DNA of 32,000 nucleotides from Thermoproteus tenax Kra 1 (GTDB taxonomy: Archaea; Thermoproteota; Thermoprotei; Thermoproteales; Thermoproteaceae): assembly GCF_000253055.1 (NCBI RefSeq), contig NC_016070.1:180001-212000 (forward strand), read 5' to 3'. The notes under the pieces were generated by a model, which had not been told where the DNA came from, did not search any database, and was given only the letters and a program-made list of their open reading frames with translations. Every line of letters begins with the position of its first letter. The stretch's first letter is position 1. Made by a program: the position numbers and the translations under genes. Shown here piece by piece: positions 1 to 8,334 of this stretch.

Positions 1-83
1 ACGTTTAGGCCCTCTGCCTGTACCGAAAAACGCGGACTTTCACTTGCGAGGAGGGGAACCGCCTCTAGGCGCATCCATAGGGG

Positions 84-1127
84 TTGGACAGAACTTTTAT
101 AAAGGCGCACAGTCGTGCCTCTTATGTCGGGGTGCACGAATGCCTTGAGGCTGTCGCAGAGCTTCTGAGGAAGGGCAGAGTAGTCGCCGATGACAAATCG
201 GCTCCCTGCCTCTCTTTGGTCTTCCTGCGTAAGGTCTCCTCTGGGGAAACCCTCGAGCTATCCGAGCTGTACCCAGCCGTAGATCCCTATAGAGTCTTCG
301 AGAGCCCACTGGAGCTGTTGTTGAAGGGAGGGCCGACCCCGCTCCTCAAGGTCGGCGAGAGGCCCAAGGAGGCTTGGGCGAAGTTGGAGTGGTACAATCC
401 GTTCAGCAGGAGCATCAAGGATAGGACGACGTACGCCCTGTTGAGGTCTGTCAACGGCGATAGGCTTGTGGAGGTATCAAGCGGCAACGTAGCCCTGGCG
501 CTGAGCGCCATGGGGCTCCTCATGGGGAAGAGAGTGAAGGTCTATGTGCCGACGGCGGGCAGATACGTAGAGCCCTTCCTAGAGATCTATGGCGTTGAGC
601 ACGAGGTCCTGGACGTCACTATGACCGTTGAGGCGTTGGAACACATCAGAAGCGATGTAGCCAAGGGCGCGGTGCACACGAACCAGTTCGAGAACGACGC
701 AAACTTCTTTGCGCATATACGCACAGCGGCAGAGCTCGACTGGCAGCTTCAACGCAGGGGGAGGAGGCCCGACTTCATCGTGGCGGGCGTGGGCACCTCG
801 GGCCATTCGGCGGCCCTCGGCTTCTACTTCTCTGTGAGGTACAAGTCGAAGTTGGTGGCGGTTCAGCCAAAGGACTGGATCCCCGGCCTCAGGAGGGTCG
901 AGACAGGGGTGAAGTGGCTGAAGTGGGTCGACGCAGAGGTAGTCGACGTATCTTTCGAGGAAGCTATGAAGGGCGTGAGGGCTCTCGCCAGAAAGTTCGG
1001 GATACTGGCCGGCATAAGCTCAGGCGCCGTGTACTACGAGTACCTAAGGAGGAGCGAGGAGGGAGTCTACGCCATGGTGTTCCCCGACGACCTTTTCAAA
1101 TACTACGAGGTGTTGAGGAGCCGCTGA
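84..1127 (+). CDS. PLP-dependent beta-family enzyme (cysteine synthase / O-phosphoserine sulfhydrylase-like fold)
   Basis: 347-aa ORF. Motif KLEWYNPFSRSIKDR carries the PLP-binding Lys context of the Cys-synthase/Trp-synthase-beta fold. AGVGTSGH is a Gly-rich phosphate loop. Start is uncertain: the ORF-track start is TTG 84, but a TTTTATAAA TATA box sits at 95-103 inside it, so in-frame GTG 132 may be the true leaderless start. Confidence 0.7.
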   Translation: MDRTFIKAHSRASYVGVHECLEAVAELLRKGRVVADDKSAPCLSLVFLRKVSSGETLELSELYPAVDPYRVFESPLELLLKGGPTPLLKVGERPKEAWAKLEWYNPFSRSIKDRTTYALLRSVNGDRLVEVSSGNVALALSAMGLLMGKRVKVYVPTAGRYVEPFLEIYGVEHEVLDVTMTVEALEHIRSDVAKGAVHTNQFENDANFFAHIRTAAELDWQLQRRGRRPDFIVAGVGTSGHSAALGFYFSVRYKSKLVAVQPKDWIPGLRRVETGVKWLKWVDAEVVDVSFEEAMKGVRALARKFGILAGISSGAVYYEYLRRSEEGVYAMVFPDDLFKYYEVLRSR

Positions 1128-1378
1128 GGGGCCCGACTCCTTAGCCCCTCTCAAGAGGCTCGGGATACAGGGCGCGCTGGAAAGGCCGCAGCAAATCCGC
1201 CGAAAACAGTAGCTCTGTCCCCTTATGAGAGAGACCGGCCCCCTGGAGGTCGCTCCGCCCATAATGCCGTTGGCGGAGAAGAGATATAAACAGGGACAAT
1301 CCCCACTATATGTCCTGCCCCACTCTCCCGAGCGATTTTCCTGGCCCCCCTGCCTATGTCGACTGTTGGAACTGCCCC

Positions 1379-2596
1379 ATGATGAAGAAGGAGATGGACG
1401 CGTTGGAGCTGGCCTTCAGACGTAAGACTAAGATAACGGCCTATCTGGTGGACTACATTAGAAAGTACGCCGAGGAGCTCGCCAAGAGGGACCCCAAGTA
1501 TGTCTACAAAATTATGGACTTCTGCGGCACCCACGAGTGGACTATCGTCCACTTCGGCCTCAGGAGCGTGCTCGAGATGGCGGGGGTCAGAAACGTGGAG
1601 CTTGTGGCCGGGCCCGGCTGCCCCGTCTGTGTGACGCCCTCCTACTACCTAGAGCAGGCCATGAAGCTCGCCTTCGACGGCGTAGTAATATATACGTACG
1701 GAGACGTCTTCAAACTGCCCGCGATAAACAGGGTGAACGGCGCCAGGTCGCTGGCGGAGGCCAAGGCCCGCGGGGCAGACGTGAGGCTCGTCCACACGTT
1801 CTTACACGCTGTTATAGATGCAAAGAAGCACAACAAGCCCTCAGTCTTCCTGGGCATAGGCTTTGAGACGGTGGCGCCCGGCTATTCTGAGGCCATACTC
1901 AAGGGCCTAGTGCCGCCCAACCTCAAGCTCATGAGCTTAGTGAAGCTCACTCCGCCGGCTATGTTCTACGCTTTAGATATGGTGAGGGAGAAGCCCACAG
2001 ACTACCCCATATCGGGCGTCATAGCGCCCGGCCATGTGTCGACGATAGTGGGAGGCAAGGCTTGGGCGCCTGTGGCCGAGCAGTACGAGATACCTGTAGT
2101 CGTGGCGGGCTTTGAGCCCAACGACGTCTTGACGGCCATCGCCGAGATACTCAAACAGCTGAAGAACGGCGAGCACAAGGTGGTCATCGAGTACGTCAGA
2201 GCGGTCAAATGGGAGGGCGACCTCAAGGCCCAGTCCTCGATAAACACAGTGTTCGAGACAGTGGACAGCGCGTGGAGGGGCATCGGCTATATCCCCAAGA
2301 GCGGGCTGGCCCTTAGAGAGAGGTTCAGACAGTACGACGCCTTGGAGCACTTCGGGATACCCGATCTGACGCCTGAGAGGTGGCAATACGACCTCCCGCC
2401 GGGCTGCAAATGCGCCGAGGTGAACTTGGGCAAGGCGAAGCCCACGGACTGCCCCCTCTTCATGAAGGCGTGTACGCCCGATAGGCCCATAGGCCCCTGT
2501 ATGGTCTCGGTGGAGGGCACTTGCGCCATCTGGGCCCGTTTCGGCGGAGGCGGGTTGGCCTTGGAGATAGCTAAGGAGATCGGCATAGCCGTTTAG
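1379..2596 (+). CDS. hypD: [NiFe]-hydrogenase maturation protein HypD
   Basis: Motifs FCGTHEW, GPGCPVCV, GFETVAP and a C-terminal Cys cluster (PGCKCAEV ... GPCMVSVEGTC). I placed the start at ATG 1379 (MMKKEMDAL...). The ORF also opens at ATG 1310, about 20 nt after a GATATAAA box at 1283-1290, so the N-terminus is ambiguous. Confidence 0.9.
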   Translation: MMKKEMDALELAFRRKTKITAYLVDYIRKYAEELAKRDPKYVYKIMDFCGTHEWTIVHFGLRSVLEMAGVRNVELVAGPGCPVCVTPSYYLEQAMKLAFDGVVIYTYGDVFKLPAINRVNGARSLAEAKARGADVRLVHTFLHAVIDAKKHNKPSVFLGIGFETVAPGYSEAILKGLVPPNLKLMSLVKLTPPAMFYALDMVREKPTDYPISGVIAPGHVSTIVGGKAWAPVAEQYEIPVVVAGFEPNDVLTAIAEILKQLKNGEHKVVIEYVRAVKWEGDLKAQSSINTVFETVDSAWRGIGYIPKSGLALRERFRQYDALEHFGIPDLTPERWQYDLPPGCKCAEVNLGKAKPTDCPLFMKACTPDRPIGPCMVSVEGTCAIWARFGGGGLALEIAKEIGIAV

Positions 2597-2598
2597 CC

Positions 2599-2946
2599 AT
2601 GTGTTGGGCCGTCCCCTCTGTGGTCAAAAGGATAGAGGGCGGCATAGCCTACGTGGACCCCGGCGACGGCGTTGAGAGGCCTGCCGTCATAGGCATAGAG
2701 GAGGGCTCCCTCCAAGTGGGCGACTTAGTTATGGTCCACGCCGGCGTCATTATAGCCAAGGTGGATTTAGACACACTTAAGGAAAGCATGGAGATGTGGA
2801 AACAGATGGCGGTGGAGCTGGCCGCGTCCTCGGGGCAGGACCCACAAGAGGCTGCCAAGATTGTGGAGGAGGAGATGTGGCGTGTTCTGAAGATTGTAGA
2901 GGAGGTCAAAAGAGGGAGGAGCGAGGGCTTGCGGCAACTTGCCTAG
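2599..2946 (+). CDS. hypC: Hydrogenase maturation chaperone HypC/HupF family, with long C-terminal extension
   Basis: The N-terminus MCWAVPS matches the invariant Met-Cys of HypC, and GDLVMVHAGVIIAKVD matches the HypC core. It starts 2 nt after the hypD stop. At 115 aa it is longer than the usual ~75-90 aa. Confidence 0.85.
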   Translation: MCWAVPSVVKRIEGGIAYVDPGDGVERPAVIGIEEGSLQVGDLVMVHAGVIIAKVDLDTLKESMEMWKQMAVELAASSGQDPQEAAKIVEEEMWRVLKIVEEVKRGRSEGLRQLA

Positions 2947-2990
2947 GGGTCTCGAAGCCCCCGGAGAGGGCCAGGTGCCGTGAAGGGGGC

Positions 2991-5243
2991 ATGCCTAGGG
3001 CCTATAGGATCTACGTTGTTGGGATAGTGCAAGGGGTCGGCTTCAGACCCTTCGTGAAGCTGCTGGCCGATAGGCTCGGCGTTAAGGGATACGTGCGGAA
3101 CTTGGGCGGGGGCGAGGTCGAGATATACGTTGAGGGAGATGGCGCCGGCGCCTTCGTGGAGGCCCTCAAAAGGGAGAGGCCCAGAGCGGTCGAACTGGAC
3201 GAAGTGCTAGTCGAGGAGGCAGAGCCTCTAGGGCTCAAGGACTTCGTCATTCTAAAGAGCGAGGCGTCGCGCAGATCGCTCTCTATGATACCGCCCGATC
3301 TAGCTATATGCGACGAGTGCCTCAGAGAGGTCCTCGGGGCCGGCGGCGTCAGGAGGTCCGGATACGCCTTTAATTCCTGCAGCTTCTGTGGCCCGAGGTT
3401 CGCCGTAATGAGGCGTCTGCCGTACGACAGAGAGAACACGAGCTGGGCCGCCTTTCCACTCTGCGAGGACTGTAGAAGGGAGTTCGGGGAGCCGGCGGTC
3501 GGAGGCATCAGGAGGTATTTCTACCAAGGGATATCTTGTAAAAGGGACGGGCCTACGTTGAAGCTCTACCGCTCCACGGGCGAGGCAGTGGACGGAGGGG
3601 ACCCCATCGTCGAGGCCGCCCGCTTAATAGACGAGGGGAAGATAGTCGCCGTAAAGGGAGTCGGAGGCTACCACATAATGGCGCTGGCCTCCGACGACTC
3701 AGTCGTGGCCGAGCTGAGGAGGAGGAAGAGGAGGCCTCAGCAGCCCTTCGCCGTTATGGCACTGGATTTGGACGCCGCGAGGAGGCTCGTCTACGTCGAC
3801 AAAGCCGCAGAAGAGCTTCTGACGTCGCCTCAGAGGCCGATAGTGCTTCTGCCCAAGAGGCCGGACAGCCCCGCCTCCCCCCTCGTCTCGCCTGGGTTGG
3901 ACATGGAGGGCGTCTTTCTGCCCTATACGGCGCTTCAGTATATGTTGCTCTCCAACTTAAGGGACAAGTTCGCGATAGCGACCAGCGGCAACGTCCACGG
4001 AGAGCCCATGTGCACCGACCTGGCTTGCGTCTTTGAGAGGCTGAGGGAGGTCGTGGACTACGTCTTGGAGCACACTCTGGAGATAGCGCACAGAGTGGAC
4101 GACAGCGTCGTCAGATTCACCGACGGAGAGGCTGTGTTGTTGAGGAGGAGCAGAGGCTACGCGCCCAAGTGGATCAAGCTGAGGAGGAGGCTTCCCAGGC
4201 CGGCTGTGGCCTTCGGCGGAGATCTACAGACGGCTGGGGGAGTGGGCGTTGAGGACAAGGCGATCCTCACGCAGTACATAGGCGATCTTGATAGCTTCAC
4301 AGCCTATCAAGACCTCGATAGAGAGCTGAGATGGTTCTCGTCGGTATACGAGGCGAGGGAGCCCCTGTTGGTCTGCGACCTCAACCCGGCATATAACTCC
4401 TCCAGGCTCTGTCTGGAGTGGGCCGAGGAGCTCGGCGCCGAGGCCGTGAGAGTGCAACACCACCACGCGCACGCCCTCGCTGTAGCGGCCGACTTAGGCG
4501 TGGACGAGCCCTTCGTAGCTATATCTATAGACGGAGTAGGGTACGGAGAGGACGGAAACGCTTGGGGCGGCGAGGTCTTGTTCGTCGATGGAGCAAAGTA
4601 CGTGAGGGCGGCCCACCTCAAGTATGTCCCCATGCCGGGCGGAGATCTGGCCGCCGCGAGGCCCGCCAGAATGGCGGCTGCCTATCTGTGGGAGTGTTGC
4701 CGCGAGGAACCGCCCGAGGAGCTCGCGAGGGGCCTTCCGGGCGGGCGGAGGGAGCTAGAGCTTGTGTTGAGGGAGGTGATATCTCCGAGGATCTTTACGT
4801 CCAGCGCAGGCAGATTTCTAGACGCTGTATCCTCGCTTTTGGGCATCGCGCATCAGAGAACCTACGAGGGGGAGCCAGCCATCAAGCTGGAGGCAGCAGC
4901 GGGTGGAGGCAGAGCCCTCTCTATAAACGCCGAGAACCAAGTGGAGCTTTTCGCAGAGATTGTGGATCACATGAGGAGGGGCGCGAGGACTGCCGACTTG
5001 GCCTATACGGCCCAATACGGCTTGGGCACATTGTTGGGGAGGTGGGCCTGCGAGGCGGCCCAGGCCCATGGAGCTCGCCAGATCCTCCTGGGCGGAGGAG
5101 CGGCCGTCAACACATATATAGTCAGAGGGATAAGGTCGGCGCTTGCCGAATGCGGCCTGGGTGCGCTGCTTCCCAGGAGGGCTCCCCCGGGGGACGGCGG
5201 ACTGGCTCTGGGCCAGATATATTATGCGACCTATTTGGCCTAG
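2991..5243 (+). CDS. hypF: Carbamoyltransferase HypF
   Basis: Acylphosphatase domain (YRIYVVGIVQGVGFRPFV), Zn-finger region (CDECLREV...CSFCGPRF, CEDCRREF...), YrdC-like domain (VAVKGVGGYHIMA) and Kae1-like C-terminal domain (ISIDGVGYGEDGNAWGGE). ATG 2991 was chosen because the protein then begins with the acylphosphatase domain. The upstream part of the 2796 ORF overlaps hypC out of frame. Confidence 0.9.
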   Translation: MPRAYRIYVVGIVQGVGFRPFVKLLADRLGVKGYVRNLGGGEVEIYVEGDGAGAFVEALKRERPRAVELDEVLVEEAEPLGLKDFVILKSEASRRSLSMIPPDLAICDECLREVLGAGGVRRSGYAFNSCSFCGPRFAVMRRLPYDRENTSWAAFPLCEDCRREFGEPAVGGIRRYFYQGISCKRDGPTLKLYRSTGEAVDGGDPIVEAARLIDEGKIVAVKGVGGYHIMALASDDSVVAELRRRKRRPQQPFAVMALDLDAARRLVYVDKAAEELLTSPQRPIVLLPKRPDSPASPLVSPGLDMEGVFLPYTALQYMLLSNLRDKFAIATSGNVHGEPMCTDLACVFERLREVVDYVLEHTLEIAHRVDDSVVRFTDGEAVLLRRSRGYAPKWIKLRRRLPRPAVAFGGDLQTAGGVGVEDKAILTQYIGDLDSFTAYQDLDRELRWFSSVYEAREPLLVCDLNPAYNSSRLCLEWAEELGAEAVRVQHHHAHALAVAADLGVDEPFVAISIDGVGYGEDGNAWGGEVLFVDGAKYVRAAHLKYVPMPGGDLAAARPARMAAAYLWECCREEPPEELARGLPGGRRELELVLREVISPRIFTSSAGRFLDAVSSLLGIAHQRTYEGEPAIKLEAAAGGGRALSINAENQVELFAEIVDHMRRGARTADLAYTAQYGLGTLLGRWACEAAQAHGARQILLGGGAAVNTYIVRGIRSALAECGLGALLPRRAPPGDGGLALGQIYYATYLA

Positions 5244-5926
5244 CTACAAATACAGAGGTTCCTCCTGCTCCTCTTAGAGCTGGGGAGGAGCACTCCGTCC
5301 CTCAGCTCGTACACTCTATCGGCTATTCTGCACACCAGCTCGAGGTCGTGGGTCGCGATGATCACGGCGGCGCCTCCATCCCTCAGAGCGCGTATAAAGG
5401 CGAGGGCGCGCTCCGAGGCGCCCTCGTCCAGATAGGTAGTTGGCTCGTCCAATATGAGCAGCTTGGGCATATGGGCCACGGCGGCGGCCAAAGCCACCAG
5501 CCTCTTCTGCCCTCCGCTGAGCTTATAGGGCTGTTTGTCTAACAGCGGTTTCAAGCCGAGCGCCTCGGCCACGTTAAGAGCCATCTCCAGGCCCTTCTCA
5601 GGCCCATGCGCCCTCACGGCGGTGTAGGCTATTTCGTCTCTGACGGTGGAGTTGAAAAACATATCGTCCGGGTTTTGAAACATTACGCCTATATGCCGCC
5701 TCGCCTCAGGGAGCTGATCCCAGAGGGGGCGCCCCATGAAGAGCACTTCGCCTCTCCACGGCCTCAGAAGCCCTGCTAGAGTTAGAAGGAGGGTGGTCTT
5801 GCCGGACCCCGTGGGCCCCACGACGGCGGCTATCTCGCCCTCTTCCACCGATATGTTCGCCTCTTTGACGACCGGCTCGACGTAGCCTGCCGCGACGCCG
5901 GAGGCCCTAAGGACTTCGCGCCTCAT
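5240..5926 (-). CDS. cbiO: ECF-type Ni/Co transporter ATPase component (CbiO/NikO)
   Basis: Walker A GPTGSGKTT, ABC signature LSGGQKRL, Walker B LILDEPT. Start is ATG 5926 (MRREVL...), or alternatively ATG 5962; either overlaps the end of cbiQ. The stop overlaps the hypF stop in a CTAG palindrome. Confidence 0.85.
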   Translation of the reverse strand: MRREVLRASGVAAGYVEPVVKEANISVEEGEIAAVVGPTGSGKTTLLLTLAGLLRPWRGEVLFMGRPLWDQLPEARRHIGVMFQNPDDMFFNSTVRDEIAYTAVRAHGPEKGLEMALNVAEALGLKPLLDKQPYKLSGGQKRLVALAAAVAHMPKLLILDEPTTYLDEGASERALAFIRALRDGGAAVIIATHDLELVCRIADRVYELRDGVLLPSSKRSRRNLCICS

Positions 5927-6503
5927 GGGCCATTCTGAGCGCCCTCCCCCTCTCAAGCCCATAGATCAAAACATCGCCGACAGCAGCCGCGAAGGCCCAC
6001 TTGTCGAATTGAAAGACTCTGGCCTCTCTGGCCGCTGCAGCCGATATGGCGGATCTCCCCAGCGCATATATCGAGAGGGGCATGAGCTCGAGGGCGCGCG
6101 AGAGATCTCTCGGCAGAATCCTCTTCAAAGCGTCGACGAAGCGCCACCAGCTGGTGGCCAAAACCCCTCCCGCGAGGACTGAGGCGGAGGACGCCGACCT
6201 GGCCACGAAGAGCACGGGGTCCACTTTGCTTTGGAGAAGGCCCAACAGCGCCGGGGCCGAGACGCCGGCGGCGAAGGCGGCGGAAAGAGCTGTTGCTATG
6301 GCCCATGCCTTGAGGGCCCTCGCGTAGATGGCGAATCCCAGGCCCGCCAGTAATAGTATAATCGATATATATTCATATGGCGAAAAGGCCGCTAGGACTG
6401 TAAGAGCTAGGACGAGGAGGGAGAAAAGAGGGGAGTTGATTCTTGGAGTTCTCTCGAAGGCGGCAACGGCGCTAGTAATACCTTCAACTACTTCTTTTAA
6501 CAC
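5907..6503 (-). CDS. cbiQ: ECF transporter transmembrane (T) component CbiQ/NikQ
   Basis: 198-aa polytopic hydrophobic protein located between the N-like and O components of a cbiMNQO-order cluster. The call rests mainly on position and hydrophobicity. Confidence 0.65.
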   Translation of the reverse strand: MLKEVVEGITSAVAAFERTPRINSPLFSLLVLALTVLAAFSPYEYISIILLLAGLGFAIYARALKAWAIATALSAAFAAGVSAPALLGLLQSKVDPVLFVARSASSASVLAGGVLATSWWRFVDALKRILPRDLSRALELMPLSIYALGRSAISAAAAREARVFQFDKWAFAAAVGDVLIYGLERGRALRMAHEARSP

Positions 6504-6795
6504 GTTTTACCACCAACAACACAATTAAATAGATTGCTAATCCGATGTACGCCGCCACTATGTAGCCGGCCCAGTCCGGGAGCCCAGGTACTGTGTAGTC
6601 GATAAACGGCGTCCAGTTTATCTGATACCTCGTGTCGTTCATGACGGGATGGCCCAGCGTCTTGTTGGCCATTTCGTTTATGAGATCGGCGGCCACGTCC
6701 AACGGCTCGTGGTAGCCTATCAAGTTGGCGAGCCATACTCCAAATATCGGCGAGAACAGCGCCATAATTGCCAGGAATATAAACAAGCGCCTCAT
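6484..6795 (-). CDS. Small two-TM accessory component of the ECF metal transporter (CbiN/NikN-like)
   Basis: Start ATG 6795 forms an ATGA overlap with the cbiM stop (6792-6795). The ~104-aa protein has N- and C-terminal TM helices flanking a hydrophilic loop (HEPLDVAADL...GLPDWAGY). The longer 6930 start lies inside cbiM and was rejected. Confidence 0.6.
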   Translation of the reverse strand: MRRLFIFLAIMALFSPIFGVWLANLIGYHEPLDVAADLINEMANKTLGHPVMNDTRYQINWTPFIDYTVPGLPDWAGYIVAAYIGLAIYLIVLLVVKRVKRSS

Positions 6796-7400
6796 GCTCT
6801 CAAATACTGCGGGGCCTTTCTGGCCAAGTATTCGACGACTACCGCAGTTATCATCCCCTCGACGAGCCCCAACAGCGCATGCCAAGACGTCATCACAGGC
6901 ACGCTTATCTCCCAGCCGTAGGGGAACCACGGGCTGAGGCCTATCTCCAAGCCTGCGAAGAAGCCGGCGACAGTTATGCTGGCCCAGCCCGCCACAAAGG
7001 CCGCTGCAAATCTGTTGTATCTCTTCAGGGCCTTGTAGACGAAGTATCCGACAAGCGGCGCCACAATGCCCATGTTGATCACATTGGCGCCCAACGTGGT
7101 GATCCCTCCGTCGTGGAACACCAACGCTTGCACCACCAAGACTAGCAGTAGGACAAAAAATGCATTAAAGGGCCCCAACATTATGGCGGCAAGAGCTCCG
7201 CCGACTAGATGGAGCGAGGTGCCCCCGGGGATCGGCCAGTTGAACATCTGGGCTATGAATATAGCTGCAGCCAAGCCCACGACGGTCTCTATATATCTGC
7301 CCAATTCTGTATGTTTATAGGCGTAGGCGCCGTAGCCCACCATTATCGTCCACGTAACGCCGGCAGAGACGGGGTCTAGGTATCCGTCGGGTATGTGCAT
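6792..7400 (-). CDS. cbiM: ECF metal transporter substrate-capture component CbiM/NikM
   Basis: The N-terminus MHIPDGYL is the hallmark metal-binding N-terminus of CbiM/NikM. The protein is polytopic, 202 aa, and is the first gene of the M-N-Q-O cluster. Confidence 0.85.
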   Translation of the reverse strand: MHIPDGYLDPVSAGVTWTIMVGYGAYAYKHTELGRYIETVVGLAAAIFIAQMFNWPIPGGTSLHLVGGALAAIMLGPFNAFFVLLLVLVVQALVFHDGGITTLGANVINMGIVAPLVGYFVYKALKRYNRFAAAFVAGWASITVAGFFAGLEIGLSPWFPYGWEISVPVMTSWHALLGLVEGMITAVVVEYLARKAPQYLRA

Positions 7401-7501
7401 GGATTGAGGATCAGCCTTATTTTAATACTTTAACTCGAATAAATTCTTAAAGATTATGTCGTATTGATGAAAAGTATAAAACCGAATAGAAAGCTAGAGA
7501 C
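7401..7501. promoter_or_regulatory. Divergent AT-rich promoter region between cbiM and nikR
   Basis: TATA AGTATAAA at 7473-7480 is centred ~26 nt before nikR ATG 7502. TATA-like TTATTTTAATA at ~7417-7428 is ~26 nt before cbiM ATG 7400 on the minus strand. An inverted repeat CTTTAA-N13-TTAAAG lies at 7428-7452 between them. Confidence 0.6.
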
Positions 7502-7894
7502 ATGAGAAGGATAAGCATAGCGTTGGACGATAGGCTCTACAGAGACATGGAGAAGGCAATGGCCCTAATGGGGGAGGTCAACCGCTCGCGCTTCATCGCC
7601 TCGCTGATCGCAGAGAAGATCAGCGAAGTGGTCCAAGCGCCTCTGGCCTCGGTCATAGTTATCGTCTACGACCACGAGGTCGGCGAGGTGTCAAAGAGCT
7701 TAACTGAGGTGCAACACGACTTCAGAGACGTTATAAGGGCGTCCACCCACGTGCATCTAGACGAGAGGAACTGCCTGGAGGTGATTCACGCTGTCGGCGA
7801 CTCCGCCAGAATAAGAGAGCTCGTAACCAGAATCTCGAGGATCGGGAGAGGGCTCAAATTGCTTCGCATCGTCAATGTGCCATCTCTTCAGTAA
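7502..7894 (+). CDS. nikR: Nickel-responsive transcriptional regulator NikR (ribbon-helix-helix + ACT-like metal-binding domain)
   Basis: N-terminal RHH MRRISIALDDRLYRDMEKA...NRSRFI. The C-terminal domain has the conserved His/Cys pattern (VYDHE..., THVHLDERNCLEVIHAVG). It is divergent from a Ni/Co ECF importer. Confidence 0.85.
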   Translation: MRRISIALDDRLYRDMEKAMALMGEVNRSRFIASLIAEKISEVVQAPLASVIVIVYDHEVGEVSKSLTEVQHDFRDVIRASTHVHLDERNCLEVIHAVGDSARIRELVTRISRIGRGLKLLRIVNVPSLQ

Positions 7895-7905
7895 TATTTT
7901 AATAC
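7894..7905 (+). promoter_or_regulatory. TATA box for hypA (leaderless)
   Basis: ATATTTTAATAC sits directly after the nikR stop and is centred ~26 nt upstream of hypA ATG 7924. Confidence 0.55.
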
Positions 7906-7923
7906 AAACCTCGTAGCTCTCCA

Positions 7924-8334
7924 ATGCACGAGTGGTCCCTCGCGCTCTCCATTGTCCAGACCCTAGACAGATGGGCCAGGGAGAGGGACGTCCAAATCAA
8001 GAGGGTGGTAGTGTCGGTGCCCTCTGTGTCGCAGCTTGACCTCTCGATAATGAGGGAGGCATTCGATATGCTTAAACAAGACTCAAGACTCTCGAACGCC
8101 GTCTTGGACCTGAAGGTGAGGAGCCCCAAATATAGATGTCGTTCTTGCGGCTACGAGTTCGGCCAAGAGGAGGTCGATGAACAAATAAAGAGGCTTGCCG
8201 GCGAGTACGGGGAGGAGTATCCCCTACATCTAATGCCGGAGCTGTTGCCCACATTCGTTAGATGCCCGCGTTGCGGCTCGCACGACATCGAGGCCGAGCT
8301 CTCAGTCAAAATAGACGAGGTGGAGACAATATGA
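7924..8334 (+). CDS. hypA: Hydrogenase nickel insertion protein HypA
   Basis: N-terminal MHEW Ni-binding motif. Two CxxC pairs (CRSCGYEF ... CPRCGSHD) form the Zn site. 136 aa. Confidence 0.9.
   Translation: MHEWSLALSIVQTLDRWARERDVQIKRVVVSVPSVSQLDLSIMREAFDMLKQDSRLSNAVLDLKVRSPKYRCRSCGYEFGQEEVDEQIKRLAGEYGEEYPLHLMPELLPTFVRCPRCGSHDIEAELSVKIDEVETI

Noticed and set aside
1128-1385. The 250-bp gap upstream of hypD as an ncRNA locus, and the AUGAUGA at 1379-1385 as a C/D-box sRNA C box.
   Set aside because: Only a trivial 4-bp hairpin follows the upstream stop. No D/D' (CUGA) boxes occur at the right spacing. AUGAUGA is simply two Met codons at the hypD start, and part of the gap may be hypD coding if ATG 1310 is used.
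2796-2990. The upstream part of the 815-aa HypF ORF (start 2796), overlapping hypC.
   Set aside because: The extension is G/R-rich with no domain and overlaps hypC out of frame. ATG 2991 begins exactly at the acylphosphatase domain.
4418-5542. Long alternative-frame or antisense ORFs, e.g. 4418-5542 (+, 374 aa), 12845-13543 (+), 17430-17963 (-), 30370-30807 (-), 13477-13968 (-) and 3011-3508 (-).
   Set aside because: They are Arg/Gly/Pro/Ser-rich low-complexity translations, typical of off-frame reading of GC-rich coding DNA. Each fully overlaps a gene with clear family motifs.
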